Shown: in pieces, positions 22,785 to 33,812 of the stretch
Position numbering within the stretch: the first letter of the stretch is position 1
How the letters are laid out: each line of letters starts with the position of its first letter
NCBI GenBank assembly: GCA_003614675.1
Contig: ML002374.1
Location: 1 to 36,439 of the forward strand
Source: Dimargaris cristalligena
Taxonomy: Eukaryota
Direction of reading: 5' to 3'
DNA length: 36,439 nucleotides
Notes under the pieces: generated by a model
Seen by the model: only the letters and a program-made list of their open reading frames with translations
Told to the model about the DNA's origin: nothing
The model's database searches: none
Translations under genes and position numbers: made by a program

Positions 22785-24516
22785 AGCGAGAAAGAACGTT
22801 TCGAATGAAAGGAACGGGACTTGGGCGGATTCGCGTATAAGAAGAATATATGGGCCGCAGGGCAATTTAAAGAATAAGGTGAGGGTGGTGGAATCGGTCA
22901 GGTACTATTAAAAAATAAGAGTATTTTTGAGAGTCCAGCAGGTTCGCTTGTTACGGCCTGCACTACTGTTCAATAGAGGGTCCCTGCTATGCAAAGGTGG
23001 TGGTAGTGGACAGGTGCTGTTGTTGCGGATCGGGGGCGGGGTTTCGGGGAGGGCGAGTTGAAGAAACCAAAAGAATAAAGGAATAACGATGCAAAAAAAA
23101 TGGCATATATATATAAATAGATTTATGAAAATGGGTGAGGGGGGATATACAATATGAGAGAAATATTCAGAAGGATTTAAACAATGCCAACGAGAAAGAA
23201 CTCGCTTTGTCAATGAAATGGAAATCAGAAGGTCAAAGACGGGCAGCACGGCCGGGAAACCATTAGGGTTAACAGGCACACTACAGCCACTTGGTAGGCG
23301 TTATCGAGCAATGGGTTAGGTTAGCAGGGTAACGTGGGTTGAGGAGTAGGAAGGGGGGCTTGGTAATAAACAAGGCCCCCCGCTAAACTAAGCCGGCTAT
23401 TTGGTTTGGAAGCGCGAGAGCCAGCCGCGATGATTGGTTGATCTAATAGACTAATTCCGAAATCATAACAAAGACCAGTGACATTCAAAATACTCGTCTT
23501 CAATCTCACTCCCTTAATTACCTGACTCAGTCCTCCCCCTCCTCCTCCTTGAAAATAAGACCCTAATATACCCGGTTACCCTTGGAACAATCCGCTGTTT
23601 AATTCCACCGAATCAATGTGGTATAATATGTATATTATTATTTCATAGGTTTGGATACGTTGAGGATGATCACATTATCTAAGAAATAGAGAAAGAGAGG
23701 GGAGCTCATCTCAGCTGCAAAAGGTTTCCAATAAAAATAATATCTCAGAATGATACATTATTATTATCTAGACATCGGACAAATGCGATTTGGAATACGG
23801 ACTGTTCATTTTATACCGGTTGTGTCGAGTGGGACTGGGGGTTACCGAGAGTTGGGATCCAAGTGGGGATCTAGGTTAGGGCTACGCGGATTAGTGGGGG
23901 GTGTTTAAATTAGGATTTTATCAAGACATGTCTATTTCCGGATTCGGTGGCCAATTTTAGGTTTTATACTATTGGTTCCGTTTCGGGTTCAGTCGGGTCG
24001 AATATCGTTCGCTCATCGCTTGGCAGGTTCTCCCGCCATGGTGGGCTACATGGTTGATACGGTTCGTGGGCGTTCTGGTCGCTTGGCGGTTGTAATTTAA
24101 AAAGCGGGGCAGCTGAGCGAAACTCTTATTCAGCTAGAAATACAAACCCACAGGACAGGGGAGGACCACTCCAACTTTATCAGTTTATAGGCACTATCAA
24201 TTACAGAGACGGAAATCATCATAGAAGCAATTACAAGAGGAAGGGAGGGGATGGAAATCAACAGCCGGCATATACTTCGAGTCAGCGGATAATCCACATC
24301 TGTGAATAAGTATGTCATAAGCAATGTATGGGTTGTAGATTGGTTATTGGGGTATTACATTGTTAGAAACTGTCGTAAAAAACTACAAATAGATCCAGTT
24401 TGGGTGAAATACGCCAACTTGTAATAAGGGAGGGTATATGGTAGACGTCGCGGGTAAATTAGGGTATCGGGTGTGCGCGCACACTTATCCTCTCCCCTCG
24501 CTTGCATTCCGACACC

Positions 24517-27500
24517 TCATTTAAGGGTATTCCGAACATAGAACAAATTATACGCTGCCTTAGTCTTGACCTTCGTTTCATCCGACTCCAGTACCCGAGA
24601 GTCGTCAAATAGGTACCATTGGTCCCGCAGGCCGTTTCGGACATGGGCGGTATAATGCCCCCCGGTCAAACTGCCATAGTGATTGGATACGGCATAGAGA
24701 TCGTATAGGCTCGATTCGCCCGCCGTGGAATTGGAATTGGAAGCCGAGGCTGAAGCTAAAGCAGGATAATTCGGGGAGGAACCCATCATCGACCCATTTG
24801 TACTTGTCGGGGGGCGTAAGGGAGCCGCAATAAACCGGTCCATGTTAAGGCCCCGCACGGGGAAATCCACGTCCGTTTCCAGTTTGTTTCGGAACGGTCC
24901 CGAGAACGAAAACCGTTTCAGGTGAATAATCAGCACATCGGGCAACCGCGTAATGACCAGTCGTTTACTCGTCCGGCGGTGCACTTGGCACCGGGGACAA
25001 AACCACTGATCATCACCATCCAGAATTTCCTCCTGGACGAAACTTTCGAGGCATTGGGCGAGGGTGACCCGGGCGAGCTGCGCCCCGTCTGCCACCGAGG
25101 CGGCCGACGGAACGGGTACGGACAGGGTGGTAAAAGGCGCATAAGTAGTCGAAGTTTGGCCGCACGTAATGCACCGTAAGCGGGACTGGATTTGGCCCTG
25201 GAATAGACCCACCACCACCGACCGGTCGCGCAGGAGATGTTTCTCCCAGGCCAGTTCCATGGCTTGGCGGACCGGCAGGGCTTCGAGGGCCTGGTCGGAC
25301 ATGGTGTCGGTCACATGGGCGGGGGGTTTGGCCCCGGGGGGCAACACCACCAGGTTTAGGTCCTCGTGCAACCCATCGAGTAAAAACACTAGCAACTCCT
25401 GGGAATCCTGTTGGTCGTCGCCTTTGAACTGGGGGGCAAACCGACCAATGGCCTCCCGGAACCCCACCGGGGAAATCACCGAGTACTGGCCGCTCCACAT
25501 GGTTCGAACCAGGACCGCAAAGGACTCGGCCAAAACGCCTTGGGTGCCCAAGGGATTCGTTCGGTTGAGGTGGGGTCGGTAGCTGCCGTCCATAAAATAC
25601 CGGGCGAGGGGCACGGTGGCGCTTAAGCACTGGACGATGGAATTCATAAAGCAGGTATTGCCGAAATTGCGCAGGCCCGTGGTGCCCACGTTGACCAGTT
25701 GATTGGACAGGGCCAGTTTCGGGGCAGCGAGCCGAGCGGATGAATCCGACTGAGACTGAGGCTGAGGCTGGGCCGGGGTCGGGGATGGTTTGGGAACCGG
25801 TGGCGGGGGCATGGTAGGTTTCCATTGGGGCCCGGGTACGGAAATGGATTTAGTCATGGGCTGGGGAGTGAGATGGGTAGTAGCCGCTGTGAAAGCCGGG
25901 TCCTGGGGGCTGGTGGCACTACCGCTGGTACTCACCATGGCCTGGGCCTGCATTTCAAGGGGTTTGGCAGGCAGTGGGGGAAGGGCCCCCGAGACTTGTT
26001 TACGTGCGGCCACGGGGATGATGGGCTGGGGCCCTGGTGACCGCGGAGGGGCAGGTCCGGTGCTTCCTAGCGGCCGTAGTCCACCTAACTGTCCCATGGA
26101 TTGGCTAGCGGGGGGTGAATCCTTCGTGACAGCACCAGTCACCCCAGAAATAGGTGAACTCGCCGCGGACAAGGCCGGGATTTGTGGGTAGGCCGGGGCG
26201 GAACGCGGGGGAGGCTTAGGCTTCACTGGTGAATCAGGAGTGTGAGTGAACCCATAGTACGGATTATCGAATATCGATTTCCGCCGGTTCAGTGCCGATG
26301 AACCGGCCACCCGGGAAGGTTTAGATACCCCGCCATGGGGGCTATTAGGCTGGCCATTGTGCGCTGCTCGGTCCGGGTGTTGAGTAGTTGAGGAAGGCTG
26401 CTGTTGATCCACAGACTGGGCCAGGGCGTGGACCGAGGCTGAACCACCGTACATACGGCTCAGCACAGCCGAGGGTAAATCAGACGAATACACAGGCGAG
26501 TCCGGGCCACGCGTAGGAAAGACACCCGAGGCCGTTGCGGCTGTATCCACCGTGGGTCTGGGCGTGGGTTTGAGTTTGGGGGCGGCCGCTGCCGATGACG
26601 CCAGAGAAACGCTCGAGGACCCATTATTGGGTGAGGATGTGTAGAAATACGGACTCGATGCCTTAGGGTAGGCGTGGGCAATATGGGGGCTATAGTCGAA
26701 CACAGAACTGGTTGGTCGGGAGGAGGAAGCTGCCGAAGGTGCGTCAAATGATGGACGACTCAGATTAGAGGTGGAAGTGCCACTATCATTCCGGGGCGGA
26801 TCGGGTCGCTGTCCATGCGCATGGGGGCCTGGGCGATCCGCCAGCCCCCCTTTAGTGCTCGTCCGTTCACTGGAATTATTCAAGTAATCGTAGATGGACC
26901 GATTAATACCCGTGGTTGACGAAGCTGGCGAGGCCACCGCCGACCCGGGCGTAGGTGCAGTTCCCGGGGCGACCCCATTTTGGTCGCGGGTGGCCGGTGG
27001 GATGATCAGGTCGACTGGGGCGGTCGAAGACTGCATAATCAATTGTCGCCAGGCGTTGAATCCGCCTTCCAAGAGCACGGGCATCCGCCGCAGGCTTTTG
27101 GTGAATGCCCGCTCATAAATGATACCAAAGAGCCGGCGAGTGGGGGAGTTTTCGAAGCTGATGGACGAGGGTAGCGAAGGGTTCGAGGCACCCGGAACCG
27201 GGATTAGGGCAGACGGAAGGCCAGGCGGGGCCGTCGTAGTGGTCCGCTCGTCATAATATACAATAAGATCAAATTTATCCCGCTGCCGGAAGTAGTCGTA
27301 ACTCGGTGCATTGCATTCGGTCGCCAGATGACGTTCGATATCCAGGGCGGTGGTGGACCCGGCGGCGATCCAGGCCGGTTGGATATGAACACTGTAGATG
27401 TGGTTGATGCGACTGGCTTCCCAGTATTCCCGGGGCCGGACATCAAGGAGCAGGACGGTGGGGCGCTGGGTAATTGGGAACACGGTTAAATACCGGAGTA

Positions 27501-28807
27501 AAACGACCGGAGTAACGCTGGTGCCAAACGGAAAAGTGGCTGTCGACCGGCTAATGGGGATGGAATAGTCGTAGGTTTCCGCCATGGTATTCAATACCGG
27601 AGAGGGGTATTTTTTATCAATGTCGGTAATGGTTACCTCGGGAGGCGGACTGGGTGCGTGGGGGATATCGTGGTCGAAAAAGGGTGACACCGATCGAGGT
27701 GCTGGCTCCGCGTCGACCGGATTTTGGACATTTTTCCGGTCCAAAGGGGGTGGTAGATCAGACACCTGGGCCAAATCACTCAGTGACGGAAGCGAAGAAT
27801 CGGCGGCGATCGACGGGTTGGAACTGGCGGAATCTGAGCCCTGGGACACCAGTGAATTGGAGCGAGAGGTGGCCGACCGCGCCTTGGCCCGTAGAATTTC
27901 GGCATAAAGACCTTTGCCGCCGGCTTCATAGTAGACCTGGTGGGATGGATTTAATGGATACTTGGAAGGTTCATCGGATTGGGATAGTCGTGGGGAAGAT
28001 GTTCGAGGGATGGCGGCGGTACCGTGGTTACTTGACGTTTTTGCGGGGAGTGGGCTGGTTGGGCTGGTTAAAGTAGGTTTGCTACTCTCTCGGGTACGAC
28101 CTGGGACCCGGTTCAGGGGACGCACTGGTGTGGCTTTAGTACCGGCGCTGCCTTGGGCTCGCTGGAGAAACTGTTGGATACGGGCATTGGTATTGCCGGT
28201 GGGGATATCTTCCACACTCGATGGGTCGGGTGTCGACTCAGAGACTAGAGCGGGGGCCAGGTCGCTAGGTTTTTTATCGTCGGAGGCCACATTGACAGGG
28301 GTTTTGTCCTGAATCTCCTGGGCCAGGGTTTCGAGTATTGGCATGACCTCTACTACTTTCTATGGGGGGCGTGGTGCATTGTAATATTGGGGCGCAAAAA
28401 TAGGAAATTGTAGAGTGGTTGAGTGTCATGGGGGTGGGTTATATTGACAATTATTGGACAACGCCGACGATAGTCTTGCGCTGCATGGGCCAGGCAGGGT
28501 ACATTCAAGTGCACCACGGACTTACCTTACGTAGGTCTAAATACGACGGGTCTTTCTGTACAAGTTGAAAGTCCCGGTGCTTGGGAACCACCTCAACAGC
28601 GACGGAACAGAATTTCATAAAAGCGACATAGGCGTCCTCGGTATGGTGCTCGATGCGGGCCAAGGTGCCCTGTTCGTACAATTTAAAGGCGGAGTGAATC
28701 CAGCTGCGGACCGAAAAGTTCTTCTGGGCCGTGACTTGGGCCCGCTGGTTGAGCTGGGCCAACGATGGATGCACCTGGTACGGCTCTGAAGCCATCGCAG
28801 TCAGCAT
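24517..28807 (-). CDS. USP8: USP8/Doa4-type ubiquitin C-terminal hydrolase (MIT/USP8-dimer + rhodanese + USP domain), 2 exons, about 1374 aa
   Basis: Exon 28807-28526 (USP8-dimer/MIT-like: EDAYVAFMKFCSVAVEVVPKHRDF) plus exon 28359-24517. Rhodanese domain: LLLDVRPREYWEASRI...LLEGGFNAW. Cys box GLRNFGNTCFMNSIVQCL, QQDSQE, CxxC pairs, LIIHLKRF, His box YDLYAVSNHYGSLTGGHYTA, WYLFDDS. The start could instead be ATG 28795. Confidence 0.93.
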
Positions 28808-30251
28808 GCTGAAGGGGACTGGCGAGGTCTACGGTACAGCGGATAGGAATGCACGATTTTTGAGAAGTAGATAGATAAGGAGAGGGTAACGGGCGACTGG
28901 AATGGGCCAAACGTAGAAAAGGACAAGGGAAAGTAGAGTCCAATGGGAAGAGTGAGCAGCCAAAGTGGTGGTACGGGACCTGCACTCGCGGAGATGGTCA
29001 CCGGACAAAGCAACCCTATTATTAGAAATACAAGTACAGATAAGCACGGGGTTGAACAAAGGAATGCGCGGGAGAATGAGAGAGAGATAGAAAGTAAAGT
29101 TCCAGCGACGGGGAAGTAATATAGGAGGGAACCAGTACTACACTGGAAAGGCTTCTGGGGAAGAATGGGATGGAGCTCCGCCTGCGCAGGCCTACGGGAA
29201 ATAACTGGTAAGGCTGAGACTAAAGGGTAAACAAAAGCAGCGACGGGCGGCAGCTACTTGGCTATAACAGCCGTCACGACACCCACACTCACCTAATAGA
29301 TACAGCCAAAACCATATTGAAGGCAGTAAGTAAGTAGTAAAGTAGGCCTCTCCCCACAAGGGCTACTGCTGCTGGTGGCCTTCGTATTGCTTTGGTATAC
29401 TATATATTGGGGTTCTTTATCACAAATACACTGGTCTTTTCTTGGGGATGCACTGACCCTGTAAGTACTGCTGGTGATGCTCGCCAAATTAAAGGATCTG
29501 GGAAGTCACAAGATCTATGGCTGGCTGATGACCACCCCCCCTACCATGCCAAGATTGCTTAGCTTTAGGGCCAAGACCGCACCACTCATTTTGTCAATAT
29601 CCGCTGGACTATTCGCCCAATCAACTCCCTTAACTATGGCAAGTCCCTCTCTTGGCGATATTATTATGTAATTCGCCGGTGAATCCTTTTAACCCAATAA
29701 ACTGCTCCTAGGCTGTAGCACCGTCACTACCTCCCAATAACCACGGCCCGTACGCTTGGACCGTTGCTCATGGACCAATCGGACGGGAAAAAGCCGGGGT
29801 CCCCCTGGAATGGTGGTCCGTCTTGGAATAATGATATTGGCATATTATATCGTAAGAATGCGATGCCAGGTGGTTTCCGGCCACTGCGGGTGCCCATAAC
29901 CCCGCCTGCCGACTCTCTCATCCAAAGCCATCAATAGATAAATAGTTGAGGGACTTACACCAATCACCTAGCACTAGTCATTTCAACCTGTCTGGAATAT
30001 TCCTATGTTCTTTTATTGACACACCAGTGTGGGAGGGACCACCCCAAGAACACTCATTTAATTTAATCCCAATCATGGCACCGACTAGGTACCGCCCTTC
30101 TAATGAAACAACGGAACCTTGTCCGCCGGGATCCTCTAAACTCTCACTAGTTAGTGCCCCGCCGAATGCCACTACTGCTATAGCCAAGGAAAGGCCCTCG
30201 AGTCAAAGTCACGCCATCAAGAATATTTCCACCGGAATAGCGGATATAGGA

Positions 30252-31791
30252 CTACTCTTCTGCATCAGTTGGTAGAGTGGTGTCTATCTCGTCGAAATCA
30301 ACTATACGGGAGGCTAGGTCGGGAAAATCAACCAGTACGCCAAACTGGCCGGGGTGCGGGTACTCGACAATTTCAGAATGAAACTCCTGCGCGCAGTCGA
30401 GATCCTCGGGCCGATCGGGCAAAATAAATTCGGGGAGCCCATTCTCCCGCCGGAAAATTTGGTAATTTTCCACGACCCGGAAGTAGTTCAAATCCGTAGC
30501 GCATTGCAGGGCCAATACCAACTCCCGGGAGTTGCGCGTTGTAAGCTGAGCGGCAAACTCCATAGTATAATCGGCGGCATTGGAATCGGCACTGAGCAGG
30601 AAACCCAGGGTATAGAAGCGCACCAGACGAGAGTCCCGGCCGGGATCAGGCCGGTGGTTCCAGAGGACCAGGTCCTGATAGATGGGGTCAAGTTGCCGGA
30701 TAAATATAAGCATATTTTTGAACTGCCGGTCTTTGGCCAGGGCCATCAGGGCAATGGTGATCATTACCGCAATCGTTTCCCGAGCCAGATAGATACATGT
30801 GTCATAGAAATTGTAGCTGTGGTGATTCTGCATCTCCTGGGAAATGTATTTGCCGAAATAGGTCTGGGCCACCGGGAGAGCGACTTCCCGACGGAGCGCC
30901 TGGGCTAGGACGCGGGCGGCCCGGCCGTCGGACGGATCGTAGGTCAGGGGAACGAACGGAAACGCTTGGGCAACCTCAGTCGGACTTAGGGCCGAGAAAC
31001 TGATCCTCTGGAAACGCTGCCGGGCGTTGCGTAGAAGTTCCCTGGGTCGGTGGGTAAGGGATACCGGCCGACCATTCAGGTTATTAGGGGGTTGGGCTGC
31101 TATTTGCTGATATTCTCTCAAAGTATAGGCGCCAATATGGCCACCTAGTTCGGTTTTGGCCAGTATCTTCCAGATGTGGGCCGGTTCTTGGTTATTCACA
31201 TCAGGTTGGATTTTGAGTTTGGCGAAATCTCGGAAATCCGCCCTGGTCTGGTGGATCATATATTATTCAAAGCAAGGTCAATTAAACCCCCCAAATAACA
31301 AAAGAGGCGTAGTTGTAAGAATAAAAACGATTAGTGGACGAGATGAATTAATTTAAAAATCCATTTGGGTCATCCAATAAACGATCTAATAGGATGTGAT
31401 GGTTGACCATTTATGGCCAAATATATATAGGCCATGGGAGCCTAGGGGGATACAGGCTAAGTCATGGATTTTCTAGGATAAGCATACTAAGTTAGGTAAT
31501 TGAGGAGGGGGTCATTCTCACTAAAACTACCTCTCGTTGTTTGACCTCCAGGGTATAGCGAACGCCCGCACGGTAGCAACTGTCGATGAGGTACAGGGCT
31601 TTGAGGGATGGAATGTCCTGTTGTTTCAGAATTTCGCCCTGGATTTCCACCGGTAGCTTGATAAATAGAGCGGCGTTTAGAGTGGGTTGACGTTTACGGG
31701 CGGCAATCCATTGATCAGGATTCTTCCAGACGACATTAGCCGTTAATGCCGCCCCGAAAAAGTAAAACCATATCCAAATGGAGAGCATCAT
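30252..31791 (-). CDS. Putative secreted protein with an N-terminal F-box-like motif and an unknown C-terminal region, 2 exons, about 418 aa
   Basis: Exon 31791-31531 (donor GTAGTT, phase 0) joins exon 31247-30252 (acceptor CCACCAG, phase 0; branch ACTAAT at 31335-31330 with no AG in between). Hydrophobic N-terminus MMLSIWIWFYFFGAALTA; F-box-like FIKLPVEIQGEILKQQDIPSLKALYLIDSCYR. Confidence 0.7.
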
Positions 31792-33812
31792 TAAATAGAT
31801 CGAATTGTACGATACGGTGCTTTTTAAATGCAGGCTACTTAATATAGGGGATTGGAGAGTGAATGGGGCAGAGTGGTTGAAGTGAAATAATAATAAATGA
31901 TAAGCCGGCTATTTAGGGCCAACGTTGGCGAAGAAGCGAAATCGGCAATTAGTTAAAAGGGAATATATCTAGGAGAAAGTTGCCAACCACCCGTGCAGTC
32001 GACTAATTAATCGAGCCGGGAAAATACTAGAGAAGGGCGGTTCTTATGGGGAACAACAGAGGGAAGGAAATACAAATCGGGTGATGGAGGAGGCTCAGGG
32101 CGCCCCCAGCCTGACTATTTATGGTATGAGTTCCAGCCAACCTCGTCTGGTCTTTCCCTAATTGTATTTTGATGTATAGACATCGGTGGGTCGGCAGGGG
32201 CGGCACTTACCTTGTGCTCTGGAGCAAGAAGTATACACCTGTGTCACCTAGTGACCTACAAAAAAATCAGTCAAGTCAAGGGGTTCTTCAAACAAGCCCG
32301 TAGGTAGGAGAAACAGAAGGCTAACCAACCCAAGCGAATTCCCGAAAATGGTGTAACTCAAGCCACACTGCCAGCAATGGAAACCAAAGATACGCCCTGC
32401 AGTGATTTGCGGAGATGGCCGGCATTATTACATGGGCCTACGGCAATAGAAATAACCTAATAAATCAAACGACCATGCTGAGCCGGCCGGAGTCCTTCGA
32501 CCTTTTGCTGCTAGAGCCCCATTTTAGATCCACAGACAATTGATTCGCCGTGGGGATGTATCAAACGCGAAAAGGATTTAGGCCTCGCCACTGTGGATCC
32601 CAGAGTGCTGGGGAGATGGGATATACAATTGATTGTCCCACAGGGAGTGGATTAGCACAATAGAAACGGCGCTACCGATATTATAATACAGCGCCATCGC
32701 TAGCTGAGCCAAATCCGGCCTGGAGATAACTCAGGCAATGAATATAGATGTATTGGAAGGCGGGAGGGTAGGAGGGCTACACCGTCGGCATTGAACGACC
32801 CGACGATATAGCACCAGCCGGAAGGAGTGAAGGGATGAGAGGGGAGGTTGGAAACAGGCAGACTATTCCGCTGCCGAAAGGTTGATGATTAATTATATAT
32901 ATATCTATGAATTATACCGTGGTATTCGCGAAGTATATAGAGCGCGCTCCAATAAGGGAATGTTGAGCCCCCGTCATTTTCGGGCAGGCCGGGGTTTGAT
33001 ATAGGCTCGGATGGAGCAGTTCTTATCTAATGCAAGTAGAGAACCCTTGGATACAGTCCAAAATCCACGCGCAGAGTTGGTCTGCGAAGGGAGGTGGGAT
33101 TTGCAAGGTGGAAGGATGTGTACATCCGCCTGCCCAGCTGACCAAAGGCCCGGCAATGTGAATGGCTGCTGCTGTTGCTTTCGCCCGTTACGCGATGGTA
33201 TATTATGGTAGGAGGGATTTATAAATACTTGGTTAGAGTCCGACAATCTCGGCCAAACCACCGATAATTTATTCTTCTTAATTACCCCTTGTGCTTCGTC
33301 CGTTACGGCTCCTTCATCCTCCACCGTGGGCAAGAGAGCCTGAGTGGAGTGGGTGAATGAAAAATACGTTGCGTTGATTAACCTTCAGTTTCTGGAGTGG
33401 ACCCTGACTGAGAAGAACGCCACTTTCGCTTCCGCATCTCTGCAGAATTTTTCACTCTCAAACTATTTATATCCCGCTTGACCTCGACTACGATATAGAG
33501 AGCGCCGCTCATCCTGTTAAATATAATACAGCCGCCGTCCCTTCTATTATATATTACACAGCACCTTCTTCCCACACCTGTTTTTCCCCTTCCGACTCAA
33601 CCCTGCTTTTTCCCTGCCGTCGTATTGGCTTTCTCACCTCGTCAAACCGTGCTCTTCCTTATGAGAAGATCCCCCCCTCCTCTGCTATTCCACTGCTACC
33701 TTCTTTACGCCTTTCTTTATCTGGTCTTCTTCTTTTACCACTATTATTGCTGACTTTCAGTTGCTGTTGTTGTTGCATTCTATCAAGCATTACTCCCTTC
33801 CACCCCACTGCC

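Noticed and set aside
16986..22865. Treating ORFs 16986-18158, 18308-18691, 19008-20738, 20926-21285 and 21546-22865 as separate genes or a broken pseudogene
   Set aside because: They join through canonical GT-AG introns with matching phases into a single RIF1 frame.
24180..24222. ATGATGA...AA...CTGA downstream of the USP8 TGA stop as a SECIS element or C/D snoRNA
   Set aside because: The helix between the putative quartet halves does not pair, and 43 nt is too short for a snoRNA. The USP8 TGA lies at the normal end of the catalytic domain.
32205..32215. ACTTACCT resembling the U1 snRNA 5' end
   Set aside because: No U1 stem-loop I/II loop sequences or Sm site follow. It is simply the complement of a donor-like AG/GTAAGT.
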